From assembly GCA_965140415.1 (NCBI GenBank), contig OZ223209.1, positions 2,247,928 through 2,311,927 on the forward strand: a DNA stretch of 64,000 bases, read 5' to 3'. Shown here in pieces: positions 17,870-28,157 of the stretch. The stretch's first letter is position 1. Every line of letters starts with the position of its first letter. Origin of the DNA: Myxococcota bacterium (lineage in GTDB: Bacteria; Myxococcota_A; SURF-8). The translations under genes and the position numbers were made by a program. The notes beneath the pieces are model-generated. The model saw only the letters and a list, made by a program, of their open reading frames with translations. It was not told where the DNA came from and searched no databases.

Positions 17870-20427
17870 AAATCCGCGCCTACACCGTCAGTCCCTCGTT
17901 ACCGAGGCGTCTTTTCCCGCTCATGAATGTGAGCCGAAACATTTACTGGTGTTGGATGCCGGAGGCAGTAGAGTTGTTCCGGCGTATCGACATCGACCTT
18001 TGGGAATCGACCGGACACAATCCAGTGCGTCTGTTGGGAGAGGTCAGCCAGCAGCGCTTGGAGGATTTGTCCAAGGATGAAAGTTTTCTCGCTCACATGG
18101 ACAATGTGGCCATCGAACTGGAAGACTATCAAAGCACACGGCATTGGTTCGCGCAGAACCATCCCGATATGAAAGGGATGAATATCTGCTACTTTTCCGC
18201 CGAATTCGGTTTACACGAATCGTTGCCGATCTATTCCGGCGGTTTGGGATTGTTGGCGGGCGACCATCTCAAGGCGGCCAGCGATCTGGGATTGCCGCTG
18301 ACGGGAATTGGCTTGCTTTACCGGCAAGGATATTTCCGGCAGTATTTGAATATCGAAGGCTGGCAGCAGGAAAGCTACCCGGAAAACGATTTCTCCGTCA
18401 TGCCTTTTTCTTTGTTGAAAGACAAAGAGGGCAAGCCGGTGCTGGTGAGCGTGCATCTGCCCGGGCGTGAAGTGGTGGTTCAATGCTGGAGTTTGAATGT
18501 CGGGCGCGTCCGTCTGTTGATGCTCGATACCAACCTGCTTCCCAATCGCCCGGAAGATCGTGAAATTACGAGCCAATTGTATGGCGGCGATCTGGAAATG
18601 CGCTTGAAGCAGGAGATCGTTTTAGGTATCGGCGGAATTCGCTTGCTGCGTGCAATTGGCATCATTCCGAATGTGTGTCATATGAACGAGGGGCATTCGG
18701 CCTTTTTGGCGCTGGAGCGTATCCGCTTTTTCGTCGAGGAGCACAACCTCGATTTCCAGACTGCCCAGGAAATCGTTTCGGCAAGCAATGTTTTTACTAC
18801 CCATACGCCGGTGCCTGCTGGAAACGACGTGTTCCCGCCGGATATGGTGGACCACTATTTCCGCGACTACTACAACAACCTTCATTTGAACCGGGAACAG
18901 TTCTTGGGGTTGGGGCGTCAAGACCCATTTGACAGAAACGAACAGTTCTGCATGACGGTCCTGGCGATTCGGCTTGCTGCCCACCGCAACGGTGTATCCA
19001 AACTCCATGGGCAAGTATCGCGCAAAATGTGGGAAAGAATCTGGCCGGGTTTGAACCCGGATGAAATCCCCATCGGTCACATCACGAATGGCGTACACAT
19101 TCCTGGTTGGATCAGCCACGATCTGGCCCAACTCTACACTCGCTATCTCGGCCCGCGCTGGATCATGAATTCACAGGATCATCAGGCCTGGGAAGGAATT
19201 ACGCGCGTACCGGATGCCGAACTCTGGCGTACTCACGAGCGACGCAGAGAGCGCCTGGTCGGCTTCGCACGTCGAAGACTGCACAACCAGGAAGTGTCGC
19301 GTGGCGCGATTCAGACCGATATCCAGCGAGTTGGAGAGGTGCTGGACCCGGAAGCGTTGACTTTGGGTTTCGCTCGCCGCTATGCCACATATAAACGTGG
19401 CGCTCTGCTATTCAGCGATCCCGACCGACTGGACCGGATTTTGAATGACAAGGACCGTCCGGTTCAGATCATTTTTGCCGGAAAGGCTCATCCCCAGGAT
19501 TCTCTGGGAAAAGAGGTTATCAAGACCATTATCCAATATGCCCGCGAACCGCGTTTCAGAAATCGGGTTGTGTTCATTGAAGATTACGATATCAACGTTG
19601 CCAGCCACCTCGTACAGGGAGTGGACGTCTGGATCAACACGCCACGTCGTCCGTTGGAGGCCAGCGGTACCAGCGGCATGAAGGCTGCGGCCAATGGCGT
19701 TATCAATGTCAGTATTCTCGACGGCTGGTGGGATGAGGCATACAACAAGGATAATGGCTGGGCTATCGGCAATGGGGAAGAATACGCCGATCATGCTTAC
19801 CAGGATGAAGTGGAAAGTCGGGCTTTATTCGATCTTCTGGAAGAGGAAATCGTCCCGATGTTTTACAAGCGTGGTGCGGATGGTTTGCCGCGTCAGTGGC
19901 TGGCATTGATGAAGCAATCGATTTTAAGCAACGCCTCGGTCTTCAATACAAACAGAATGGTAATCGATTATCTGGATAAATTCTATAAGCCCGGGGCCTT
20001 TGCCCGTGAAAAACTCATGATGGATGATTTGAAACCGGCTCGTGAACTGGCCGAATGGAAGAACTCCATTCGTCGTCGCTGGGCGCACATCCAGATTCAT
20101 TCGGTGGATGAGATGGATCCCGAACGCGAGGCTGCGTTAACGGTGGGTGGTCTGTTCCCCGTTAAAGTGCTGGTTCGATTGGAAGAATTGAAGCCGGATG
20201 AGATCGCGGTGGAAGTGTGCTATGGACGGCTGGATAGCGTCGGTAAAATCCGCGATGACCACTCGGTTCGGCTTTCCTATACGGAACAGCAGGAGGATGG
20301 ACAGCACGTTTACGAAGGTCAAGTGCCTCTGGATCGGGCCGGACGTTGCGGTTTCAGTGTGCGAGTGCTGCCGTACCATACGCATATGACTCAGCGCTTC
20401 GAGCCGGGTTTGATTATCTGGGAATAG
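17866..20427 (+). CDS. glgP: Alpha-glucan (glycogen/maltodextrin) phosphorylase, GT35.
   Basis: 853 aa. DUF3417-type N-terminus and phosphorylase core motifs (EASGTSGMKAA, the PLP-lysine region). The start overlaps the rpoH stop. Confidence 0.88.
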   Translation: MKIRAYTVSPSLPRRLFPLMNVSRNIYWCWMPEAVELFRRIDIDLWESTGHNPVRLLGEVSQQRLEDLSKDESFLAHMDNVAIELEDYQSTRHWFAQNHPDMKGMNICYFSAEFGLHESLPIYSGGLGLLAGDHLKAASDLGLPLTGIGLLYRQGYFRQYLNIEGWQQESYPENDFSVMPFSLLKDKEGKPVLVSVHLPGREVVVQCWSLNVGRVRLLMLDTNLLPNRPEDREITSQLYGGDLEMRLKQEIVLGIGGIRLLRAIGIIPNVCHMNEGHSAFLALERIRFFVEEHNLDFQTAQEIVSASNVFTTHTPVPAGNDVFPPDMVDHYFRDYYNNLHLNREQFLGLGRQDPFDRNEQFCMTVLAIRLAAHRNGVSKLHGQVSRKMWERIWPGLNPDEIPIGHITNGVHIPGWISHDLAQLYTRYLGPRWIMNSQDHQAWEGITRVPDAELWRTHERRRERLVGFARRRLHNQEVSRGAIQTDIQRVGEVLDPEALTLGFARRYATYKRGALLFSDPDRLDRILNDKDRPVQIIFAGKAHPQDSLGKEVIKTIIQYAREPRFRNRVVFIEDYDINVASHLVQGVDVWINTPRRPLEASGTSGMKAAANGVINVSILDGWWDEAYNKDNGWAIGNGEEYADHAYQDEVESRALFDLLEEEIVPMFYKRGADGLPRQWLALMKQSILSNASVFNTNRMVIDYLDKFYKPGAFAREKLMMDDLKPARELAEWKNSIRRRWAHIQIHSVDEMDPEREAALTVGGLFPVKVLVRLEELKPDEIAVEVCYGRLDSVGKIRDDHSVRLSYTEQQEDGQHVYEGQVPLDRAGRCGFSVRVLPYHTHMTQRFEPGLIIWE

Positions 20428-20447
20428 GCTACGAACGAATTACGTAA

Positions 20448-20485
20448 AGAAAACCGGGTCGAAGCCTCGATCCGGTTTTTCTTTT
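20448..20485. terminator. Bidirectional rho-independent terminator hairpin between convergent glgP and the lipoprotein gene.
   Basis: AAAACCGGGTCGAAG/CCTCGATCCGGTTTT imperfect stem, followed by a T-run on the + strand and an A-run (T-run on the − strand) on the other side. Confidence 0.6.
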
Positions 20486-21563
20486 ACAGCACGATACGAA
20501 CGTAAAATTCCACCCAGGTCTGGCCGAGTTGGTCGTCCGCTCCGTTATCGCGGATGATGGCCCAGATCGGATATAAATTGGGGTCCGTGCGGGCATCCAC
20601 CGATTCCAGCCCGGTCTGGTCACTTTGTCCTTCTGTGGGATAGCGGTAGTGAGGCACAAGCCATTTCTGGTCCTGATCGCGGCGTCCAGTAAAGTCACCG
20701 TCTAAAGAAGCCCACTGGTAAAGGATATTGGTTTCCAGATCGCCTTCGTCTTCCACCTCAAGGTAGAAATACAGGACACCGTAGTTGCGTGTCAGCGAAT
20801 AAATGAAGGGATTCGCCTGGGCGGCGGCACGTCTTGCTGCGATGTCTTCATCGTTGCTGGTCGTGAAAACCAGGGGGACACGCGCTCCGTCTTCACCGAT
20901 ATGAGCATAGACGGCGGATATTCTTGGATTCTTGTTTTTTTCATCGCGGGTGGAAACGACCAGGGTGCGATAGCTGGTGCGGGTGTTGGAGGATGCCAGA
21001 ACCCGCTGAAATTCCTTTTCCATCGTTTCTGGATCTTGGAAATCGAGGGTTACCGTTTCCGTGGTCATAAGCAGCGCCAGCATCATCGGAGCCAGCCCGT
21101 TGCTATCAAAAGCAAAAGAATCGGCAGATGGAACCGTAAATGTGAAACTAGGGAAGAAGCCCATGCTGTCCATATCCAGCATGTCCAGCGAAAGGGGAGG
21201 CGTTTCGGTTTCGGCCTCCAGATCGCTGTCGCCATCGGCTGGTGGGCTGAACAGGGATTGGCTCATTTCTTCGTTGATCAGGGTCCATAGCTGCATCGAA
21301 GGAGTCAGCCGCCCTTCGGCATCGGCGGCTAAGAACGAAGCAGTTACTTCCTCTCCCGGAGCGGCTTCCGGTGGTGATAGTACAATGGAGAGCACTTCCG
21401 GTTTCTTGACGATGCCCACGGTCTCGTCTTCGAAGTTGGTTTCAAATGCCCCACAGGCGCCAAATGGAATCAGCAGCAGGGCGAGCAGTACGATTCGTAG
21501 CATCAGGATTCCCCTTTGCGAGGATTGTTTCATCTGTTGGCTCTTGATTTCGTTCATGATCAA
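20484..21563 (-). CDS. Putative lipoprotein of unknown function, last gene of the tonB-TBDR operon.
   Basis: Signal peptide with a lipobox-like LLIPFGAC. Acidic and low complexity in the middle. No recognisable catalytic motifs. The start overlaps the TBDR stop. Confidence 0.45.
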   Translation of the reverse strand: MIMNEIKSQQMKQSSQRGILMLRIVLLALLLIPFGACGAFETNFEDETVGIVKKPEVLSIVLSPPEAAPGEEVTASFLAADAEGRLTPSMQLWTLINEEMSQSLFSPPADGDSDLEAETETPPLSLDMLDMDSMGFFPSFTFTVPSADSFAFDSNGLAPMMLALLMTTETVTLDFQDPETMEKEFQRVLASSNTRTSYRTLVVSTRDEKNKNPRISAVYAHIGEDGARVPLVFTTSNDEDIAARRAAAQANPFIYSLTRNYGVLYFYLEVEDEGDLETNILYQWASLDGDFTGRRDQDQKWLVPHYRYPTEGQSDQTGLESVDARTDPNLYPIWAIIRDNGADDQLGQTWVEFYVRIVL

Positions 21564-24016
21564 AACTCCGCTCGCAAGCCGATAGACATCAGGAAGGGCA
21601 GTCCTTTGATCTCGTCCGATTCCGTGTAGTCATAGTTATAGACGGTTGCAATCGGATTGTTGTGGAAGTAGGCGTTTTGAATGTCGAAGTACAGTTTCAA
21701 GATCCAGGTGTTGTATATGAACGATTTGTCCAGCCTTAGATCTAATTGGTGGGAGGCTCCGGTTCGCTTGTTGTTCTTGTTACCCGAATCGAACAATGGC
21801 AGGTAGGTGCCGTTGTCGGCGTTCAGGATGTTTCCCAGGATTTCCGTGTATGGCGTGCCGCTGGAATATTGAAAGCGTGCGCCGATGCGCCAGGTTTTAA
21901 GAAATCCGTAGGATGCCACAACCACGAGATTGTGTGTCTGATCCAGATCGAAGTAGCGATACGAAGTGCCGGGACCGTCCGTGCGCTTGGCCTGGGCGAT
22001 GGAATAGCTGATCCAGCCGAAAAAGTTATTGCTGAAATCATGTCGGAGCAGAACTTCGCCACCATAGACGTAGCCTTTGCCACCGTTGTCGTAAATCAGG
22101 TTCGGGTTGTCTTCGTCTACTTCGTTGATACTGCTGACAAGATTGTCCAGCTTCTTGTAATAACCTTGAATATCCAGGCTTAATGTGTCCGTGATCTGCC
22201 ATTCCAAGCCCGCGACCACATGCAACGCCCGTTCGAATTCCAGCCCCTTATTGCCGTATGGTTCGTACACTTCATCGAAATCGGGTTTCCGATGGTACAA
22301 TCCAATGGATGCTTTGATCACCAGTGGGTCCAACACCTTGTAGCGCGCAATAAGCGAGGGGCTGATGGCGTAGGTTTCCAAGGTTGAGTAGTAGTCGAAG
22401 CGCAGGCCGGGTATGATGGTCAAACCTTTGTATTCGATGGTGTCATTCACATAGAAACCTGCCAGCAGATCGCTTTCGGTCATGTCGCTGCTGACCTTGT
22501 CGCTATTGGAAAACGAATAGCTTACGTCTCCTTCTTTAGGAGGACGAACGAGATTGGAGCGCGCCGTTCCGATCGATGGTTCGAACTGGATGCCGAAAGC
22601 CAGGGTATTGGTTTTATTGATGCGAAAGAGCATGTGTTCGTAAATGTCAAACCGGACGGCGTCCAGATCGAAGAAATAGTCGTTACCGACTTTGGCGCTT
22701 AATTTGACATAGGACAAGCCGGGGGTGAAGTCCGATTCGAAATTCGGTGTAATGTGCCGATAGTGTAACACTAAACTGTGCGCTTGGGTTTGAAAACCGA
22801 GATCGCCCGTGAATTCCGGTTCGGTGTCGCTGACGAGGTTGGAAACCAGTTCCAGTTTGTCCAGCGAGCCATGAGCGTCGATGCTGATGCTGTTTAGTTT
22901 ATCCAGTTGATAATGGAATTTGGCTTGATAATCGTAATAAACCGGCAGGGCGGTAAATTCCAGATCGTCGGTAAACGCACCCAGAAAAGGAGCCAGCCAG
23001 AGATCGATGACCGAGCGCCGGAAGGCGAAGGCAAACGAGCCTTTATCGTTTACCGGTCCTTCTGCCAATGCTGTAATGTCCAGTAGCGAAGTGTCGAAGT
23101 AGCCTCCCCAGCGATCGTCTCGCGGTTTACGGCTTTGCAACTCTACGATGCCTCCTGTTGCATTTTGGAACTTCGTGCCGAATCCGCCGGTGTACAGGTC
23201 GATCTGGTCAAGCAGGTCGGAATTGTAAACCGATTTGTAGCCGCCGAAATGGAACAGCAAGGGAATTTCGTGACCATCCAGCATGATGCGGCTGTCTTCT
23301 GCGTTACTGCCGCGAATGACCAGCCCACCGCCTGCGATGACGCTGGAAACACCGGGAAGATTCTGCACGACCTTGACGGCGTCTCCTTGAGAACCGGGAA
23401 TGACCTTGGCTTCTTCGATATTCAGCGTTTTTCGTGAAACTTCCTTTTTTACTTTCTGCCCGCGAACGACGACTTCCAGTGTACCGACCACTTTGGGTTC
23501 CAGGTAGTACACGACTTCTATCGCTTCGCCATCATTGATTTCTTCCGTGGTTTCGAACAGATCGTAATCCATTGTCGGAATGACGACCGTATAGATATCT
23601 GCCGGAAGGTTTTTAAAGGCAAAGCGTCCTGACTTATTGGTTGTTGCCTCGAATTCCGTTTCTTTAAGATAGATCGTAACGTAAGCTTTTGGCTTTCTCG
23701 ATCCACGCTCTTTAACGATTCCCGAAAAGTTGATGACTCCCGTGCGTTGCTGGATATTGCTATCTTTGCTGCCGCCGGAAACCTCCTCAACGGCGAGAGC
23801 CGCTTCGTCTGCCACGGTTTCTCCTGAATCGGCTTCAGAATCCGTTTCAGTGGGATTCTCGATGTTTCCTGTGTCTTCTGTGGCAGAATCCGAAGTCGAT
23901 TCGGTTTCTGGTGCCGCTGGATCAGCAGGCGATTCGGATTGCGCGAAGAGCGGCTGGGTAATCAACATTGCCAGCACCACAAAAAGGTATAATCGTATGG
24001 ATGTCCAATAGGGCAT
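21560..24016 (-). CDS. TonB-dependent outer-membrane receptor with an N-terminal acidic low-complexity region and a carboxypeptidase-regulatory-like domain.
   Basis: Signal peptide, a Glu/Asp/Thr-rich stretch, a CarbopepD_reg-like beta-sandwich (YVTIYLKETEFEATTNKSGRFAFKNL), a plug domain (IPGSQGDAVKVVQNLPGV), a 22-strand-like barrel, and a terminal Phe. Confidence 0.82.
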   Translation of the reverse strand: MPYWTSIRLYLFVVLAMLITQPLFAQSESPADPAAPETESTSDSATEDTGNIENPTETDSEADSGETVADEAALAVEEVSGGSKDSNIQQRTGVINFSGIVKERGSRKPKAYVTIYLKETEFEATTNKSGRFAFKNLPADIYTVVIPTMDYDLFETTEEINDGEAIEVVYYLEPKVVGTLEVVVRGQKVKKEVSRKTLNIEEAKVIPGSQGDAVKVVQNLPGVSSVIAGGGLVIRGSNAEDSRIMLDGHEIPLLFHFGGYKSVYNSDLLDQIDLYTGGFGTKFQNATGGIVELQSRKPRDDRWGGYFDTSLLDITALAEGPVNDKGSFAFAFRRSVIDLWLAPFLGAFTDDLEFTALPVYYDYQAKFHYQLDKLNSISIDAHGSLDKLELVSNLVSDTEPEFTGDLGFQTQAHSLVLHYRHITPNFESDFTPGLSYVKLSAKVGNDYFFDLDAVRFDIYEHMLFRINKTNTLAFGIQFEPSIGTARSNLVRPPKEGDVSYSFSNSDKVSSDMTESDLLAGFYVNDTIEYKGLTIIPGLRFDYYSTLETYAISPSLIARYKVLDPLVIKASIGLYHRKPDFDEVYEPYGNKGLEFERALHVVAGLEWQITDTLSLDIQGYYKKLDNLVSSINEVDEDNPNLIYDNGGKGYVYGGEVLLRHDFSNNFFGWISYSIAQAKRTDGPGTSYRYFDLDQTHNLVVVASYGFLKTWRIGARFQYSSGTPYTEILGNILNADNGTYLPLFDSGNKNNKRTGASHQLDLRLDKSFIYNTWILKLYFDIQNAYFHNNPIATVYNYDYTESDEIKGLPFLMSIGLRAEF

Positions 24017-24042
24017 TCGGGTTACTCCGTCGGATGCGGATG

Positions 24043-24798
24043 TCAGTTTTCGAGTACGAAACGGTACGGAATTCGTAATTTGACCGGGACCGCCTGCTTG
24101 CCTTTGAGTCCGGGAACGAACTCGGAGTTCTTCACGGCCTTAACGGCGGCTTCATCCAGGCCATAGCCAAGTTTCTTCAAGATGCGTACTTTGACGACGC
24201 GTCCCTTTTCATTGATTATTACTTCCAGTTCTACCACACCTTCGATTTCAGCCCGTCGGGCTTGTTCCGGATAAACCGGCACAACGCGGGTTTTGAAACT
24301 CGGAACGCGAGATAACTCATATACCGGCACGGGACGCCGGGGTTTTTTCGTAAGTGGTTTGACCTTGTCCGGATCGACCGGCTTTAGATCCATTTTCTTT
24401 TCAAGCGTATTTCCAACTCGAACGGAAACGCCGCTGTCTTTACTGCCCAAAGAATCCTTTGTTACACCGAAGATTTCCTGCGGTGGTTCGGGAGGCGGCT
24501 CTTTTGGGGGCGGTGGAGGCGTTTTTACATTCGGTTTGGGTGGCTCCGGTGGCTTGGGTTTCGGTTTGGGTTTAGGTTTCGGCTTTGGTTTCGGTTTCGG
24601 GGCTTCCTTTTTGGGAGGTTCCGGCTTGGGTTGCGGCTTCACCTGCTGAATCATCACGTGAATCGGCTTGTAGCTCTTCTTGTTGTTGGCGAAGAACTTG
24701 GTGCTGGATTCGTAGAACCCGAAATGGAGCAAGGCCGATAGAATAATCGGAATCCAAATGAAGCGGCTTTTTTGCTTCTCTTTACTAACCTGAAGCAT
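24043..24798 (-). CDS. tonB: Energy transducer TonB with a (KP)n proline-rich spacer.
   Basis: N-terminal TM, a PKPKPKPKPKPKPKP spacer, and a C-terminal TonB domain (…VYPEQARRAEIEGVVELEVIINEKGRVVKVRILK…). Confidence 0.8.
   Translation of the reverse strand: MLQVSKEKQKSRFIWIPIILSALLHFGFYESSTKFFANNKKSYKPIHVMIQQVKPQPKPEPPKKEAPKPKPKPKPKPKPKPKPPEPPKPNVKTPPPPPKEPPPEPPQEIFGVTKDSLGSKDSGVSVRVGNTLEKKMDLKPVDPDKVKPLTKKPRRPVPVYELSRVPSFKTRVVPVYPEQARRAEIEGVVELEVIINEKGRVVKVRILKKLGYGLDEAAVKAVKNSEFVPGLKGKQAVPVKLRIPYRFVLEN
24520..24620. repeat. Tandem hexanucleotide repeat (GGTTTN GGYTTN)n inside tonB, encoding the (KP)n spacer.
   Basis: ggtttgggtggctccggtggcttgggtttcggtttgggtttaggtttcggctttggtttcggtttcgg, seen directly. 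Confidence 0.6.
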
Positions 24799-25029
24799 GT
24801 TTCATCCTCATTACGCCAGAATGTCTCCCCAATCCTTACCCGTTTCCGTGGCAAACGTTGTACCACGATTCGAAAATTCCCACAATGCCTGTATGAAGAA
24901 TTTCGATCTCGAGATTATACGAATCTTCTCGATAAAGCGAACGAAATCATTGGCATGCCGGAATCTGCTATGTTACACTTCAACGTCCATATTTCGTCAA
25001 TGGTCCAATTTACAGCGGATACCTCAGCC

Positions 25030-25749
25030 ATGATTGCCACATACATTTTAGATCTTAAAATCCCACGTTTATTCCTGTGTTTATGTTTACTCCTGTCGTC
25101 TGCGATAATACTTGCCGGATGTACGAAGTACGATGAAGATCCGACTGTCAATGGCGATCTGGATGCCATCGAAAGCGATGGACCGGCTTCCGATTCCGAT
25201 ATGGAACTGGAAACAACCGACGGGGATACGTCAGAAGTCGGAGATCAGGATTTCGATCTTCCTCTCGATTTCCCTGTTGGTCCCTATGGCGTGACGGTTG
25301 GCGATACGATCAGCAATTTCCAATTGCAGGATTGTGATGGAAACGAAGTTCAGTTAAAGGACTACTTTGGTTCGGCCAAGGTGATTCTGATCAACAAGGT
25401 CGCGGGATGGTGTACGGTTTGCCGACGCGAGATTCCCTTGCTGCAAGAGTGGTATGCCGATCTGCACGAGGACGGCTTCGAGTTGTTGCAGCCCGTGATA
25501 GAAAAGAGCATTCCAGGGCAACCAGCCGATGTGGAGTTTTGCCGCAGTTGGCGGGAGCGCTACGAGATCGAATTCCCGGTGCTGGTCGATCCGGACAATA
25601 TCTTTTTAGGATATCACAAGGACGTTACCCAGCCGGGAACGCCATTGAACATTCTGCTGGATCGGAACATGCGTATCGTCCTGATTCAGGAGGGGGATGT
25701 TCCCGAGTCGATCAAGGACCGCATCGTTACCTTACTGGAAGACGATTGA
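25030..25749 (+). CDS. Thioredoxin-fold lipoprotein (TlpA/redoxin-like; CxxC = CTVC).
   Basis: The ORF-track start (24772) lies inside the tonB promoter and stop region. The probable start is M87, giving a lipoprotein signal (LLSSAIILAGC). WCTVCRREIPLL redoxin motif. Confidence 0.65.
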   Translation: MIATYILDLKIPRLFLCLCLLLSSAIILAGCTKYDEDPTVNGDLDAIESDGPASDSDMELETTDGDTSEVGDQDFDLPLDFPVGPYGVTVGDTISNFQLQDCDGNEVQLKDYFGSAKVILINKVAGWCTVCRREIPLLQEWYADLHEDGFELLQPVIEKSIPGQPADVEFCRSWRERYEIEFPVLVDPDNIFLGYHKDVTQPGTPLNILLDRNMRIVLIQEGDVPESIKDRIVTLLEDD

Positions 25750-25761
25750 ACATAAAGTAAC

Positions 25762-26367
25762 ATGGGAAGGGTTCCGATGAAACTCATTAAAAAGTATGCT
25801 GTTTCTTGTGGCTGTACTTTATTTGCTCTGCTTTTGCTGATTTCGCTTGTTTCCTGTGCGACCGGCAAAACCGACCAGAAGGCAGACACGCAACCGGACA
25901 GCCCAAAGGACTCTGTCAAGGTGGAATTCCTGGATAAACCCGTTCCTGCGGATGGGTTTACCTTGCGCAGCATGGATGGCGGCATGGTTTCTCTGGAGGA
26001 TTACCGGGGAAAGGTCGTGTGGGTCAGTTTCTGGGCGACCTGGTGTCATTCCTGTAAGGCGGAAATGGCCGAAATGAACAAAGTTCGCCAGCGCCTGAAA
26101 GAAAAAGGCTTCGAAGTTCTGGCTGTCAATGTCGATACTGCCGATTTGCAGAATTACGCCATGGGAATCGCGCGTTCCCTCAAGGTTTCGTTTCCCGTTC
26201 TGTTCGATTCGGACAGCCGGGTGGTGGCAAGCTACAACCCGAGCATGGAGTTGCCATATTCGGTCCTGGTCGATCGTCAGGGTCGTAAACGTTTTATCCA
26301 GCGTGGTTATCTGCCTGGTGATGAAAAACGAATCGAAAACGCCATCTTGGAAATCCTGGGTGAATAG
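25762..26367 (+). CDS. TlpA-family periplasmic thiol:disulfide oxidoreductase (CxxC = CHSC).
   Basis: Signal/lipobox LISLVSC. Thioredoxin-fold motif VVWVSFWATWCHSCKAEMAEM. Confidence 0.8.
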   Translation: MGRVPMKLIKKYAVSCGCTLFALLLLISLVSCATGKTDQKADTQPDSPKDSVKVEFLDKPVPADGFTLRSMDGGMVSLEDYRGKVVWVSFWATWCHSCKAEMAEMNKVRQRLKEKGFEVLAVNVDTADLQNYAMGIARSLKVSFPVLFDSDSRVVASYNPSMELPYSVLVDRQGRKRFIQRGYLPGDEKRIENAILEILGE

Positions 26368-26370
26368 CAG

Positions 26371-28104
26371 ATGCAACGTTTTCTTCTATCCGGATTCTTG
26401 CTGGTCTGTTTGATGTGGACCGGTGCGGTGCAGGCGGTTACTCTGACCGAAATCGATGAAAAACCGTTGGAACTGCGCATCGAGAATACGTTTTATGTGG
26501 AATGGCACAACGATCACGAATTCGGTACCGACGCGGCAGTGCAGTCGGATGATTACGTCAAACTGATGGATGAACTGGTGCTCGATTTGAAATACGATCG
26601 TTTTCTGATCGGAGCCAGGCTGGAAGCCTACTATTACCCGGATCACCTTTATTACAGGCGGGAGATAGCCACTCCCGATGGCACCTCAGTGTTGTACGAA
26701 GAGCGCAAATCCAAGCATCTCTTCAATCCGCAGAGGCTCTATTTCGTGTTCGATTCCGGTCGTTTCCGGGTAGATGTCGGTGATTATTATGCGACCTTCG
26801 GGCGCGGACTGGCGTTATCGATGCGCAAGGAAGGAACCGGCGAACTGGACAATTCCCTGCGAGGCGTCAAGTTCGAACTGCGGCAGAAAAACACCAGTTT
26901 TACGATGCTGGCTGGATTCACCAACACGCTCAATACCGATCCCTATAGCGAATCGTATCAAAGCGATCCGAACGATTTCATCGCCGGTGTTCGTGCCGAG
27001 CAGCGTATCCTCGACACGATGATCCTGGGCGCACACGCAGTCGACGCTCATTTCGGCATGTTGGAAAAAAGCGACAAGCAGCGCTTCATCCCGGAAAAGC
27101 AGACTTCCATTGTGGGAGGCTCTATAGAGTTTCCCAGTATTTTAGGTTACCTTTCGTTGTATTTCGAAGGTAACTACATGGGACGCACGGGGCGGCGGTT
27201 AACCGAAGATCTGGAGGATTTCGAGACCGTTTCCGATTCCGGTCATGGATTGTATGCCAGCTTGAACCTTTATATCGAAAACTTCACCTTTACCGCCGAA
27301 TACAAACGCTATCGCGATTTTGTGTTTCGTCGGGGGCGAACGGTGTTGGGATATGCCCTGCAACCGGGAGAAGAGGAACCGGAAGACCTGCTGTTCTTCG
27401 AGGACATCTGGTACAACAATGTTCCGACTCTGGAGCGTACGGACTTGGAAACCACACGCGAATACGGGAATGATTCCGGTTTTCGTCTGCGTGCTGAATA
27501 CAATGTGTTCGAAACCGGAACGCGTCCCTACGTAGCGTTTTATTTCGATTACAACAAGTCCGCCAATCAGGGTTCCAGTACGCTGGGTGGCTTCGAGCAG
27601 GCGCAGGCCGGGTGGGGGGATCGCATCTGGCATGTGTACGGCGGTCTGACCCAGATGATCGGCGCGGCGGAAGTGTATATCGATGGTGGCTGGCGCGACG
27701 AGCAGGGCGAGGAGCGGTACCAACTCGCACATGCCAAAGCCGGGGCGGCCATCCCGTTAGTTGGCGCTCATTCCATCAATCTGGAAGGCTCCTTTATGCA
27801 AAAGGACTACCAGTTCATCCCGAAATTGGAGCGCGACGTTGATGCAACGTTTGGGTATACCTTCCAGGGTTATTTCAGTGTCAGTCTGTTTTATACGATG
27901 CAGCAGTTGGACGTGTTGCCCAGTGCCGGAGAAGATGAATTCCTGCATTTCGTAGCCGCCGAAATCGCCTCGCGCTTTTCCGATCGGATCGTTGTTTCCG
28001 TTTTCGGTGGGCAGGTACGAGAAAGCTATCGCTGTTATGGCGGCTTTTGCCGGTTGGTTCCGGCATTCGAAGGCGTAAAAGCCAAGTTGACATTGCGCTT
28101 CTAA
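26371..28104 (+). CDS. Secreted outer-membrane beta-barrel protein of unknown function.
   Basis: Signal peptide (…WTGAVQA). 577 aa rich in Tyr/Gly/Asp with alternating patterns. C-terminal …AKLTLRF ends in Phe. 3 nt after the TlpA stop. Confidence 0.5.
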   Translation: MQRFLLSGFLLVCLMWTGAVQAVTLTEIDEKPLELRIENTFYVEWHNDHEFGTDAAVQSDDYVKLMDELVLDLKYDRFLIGARLEAYYYPDHLYYRREIATPDGTSVLYEERKSKHLFNPQRLYFVFDSGRFRVDVGDYYATFGRGLALSMRKEGTGELDNSLRGVKFELRQKNTSFTMLAGFTNTLNTDPYSESYQSDPNDFIAGVRAEQRILDTMILGAHAVDAHFGMLEKSDKQRFIPEKQTSIVGGSIEFPSILGYLSLYFEGNYMGRTGRRLTEDLEDFETVSDSGHGLYASLNLYIENFTFTAEYKRYRDFVFRRGRTVLGYALQPGEEEPEDLLFFEDIWYNNVPTLERTDLETTREYGNDSGFRLRAEYNVFETGTRPYVAFYFDYNKSANQGSSTLGGFEQAQAGWGDRIWHVYGGLTQMIGAAEVYIDGGWRDEQGEERYQLAHAKAGAAIPLVGAHSINLEGSFMQKDYQFIPKLERDVDATFGYTFQGYFSVSLFYTMQQLDVLPSAGEDEFLHFVAAEIASRFSDRIVVSVFGGQVRESYRCYGGFCRLVPAFEGVKAKLTLRF

Positions 28105-28157
28105 GCGTTTCTTCGATCATTTCCTTGTTTCGGATCGGAAAAAACCTTGAGATTCCG

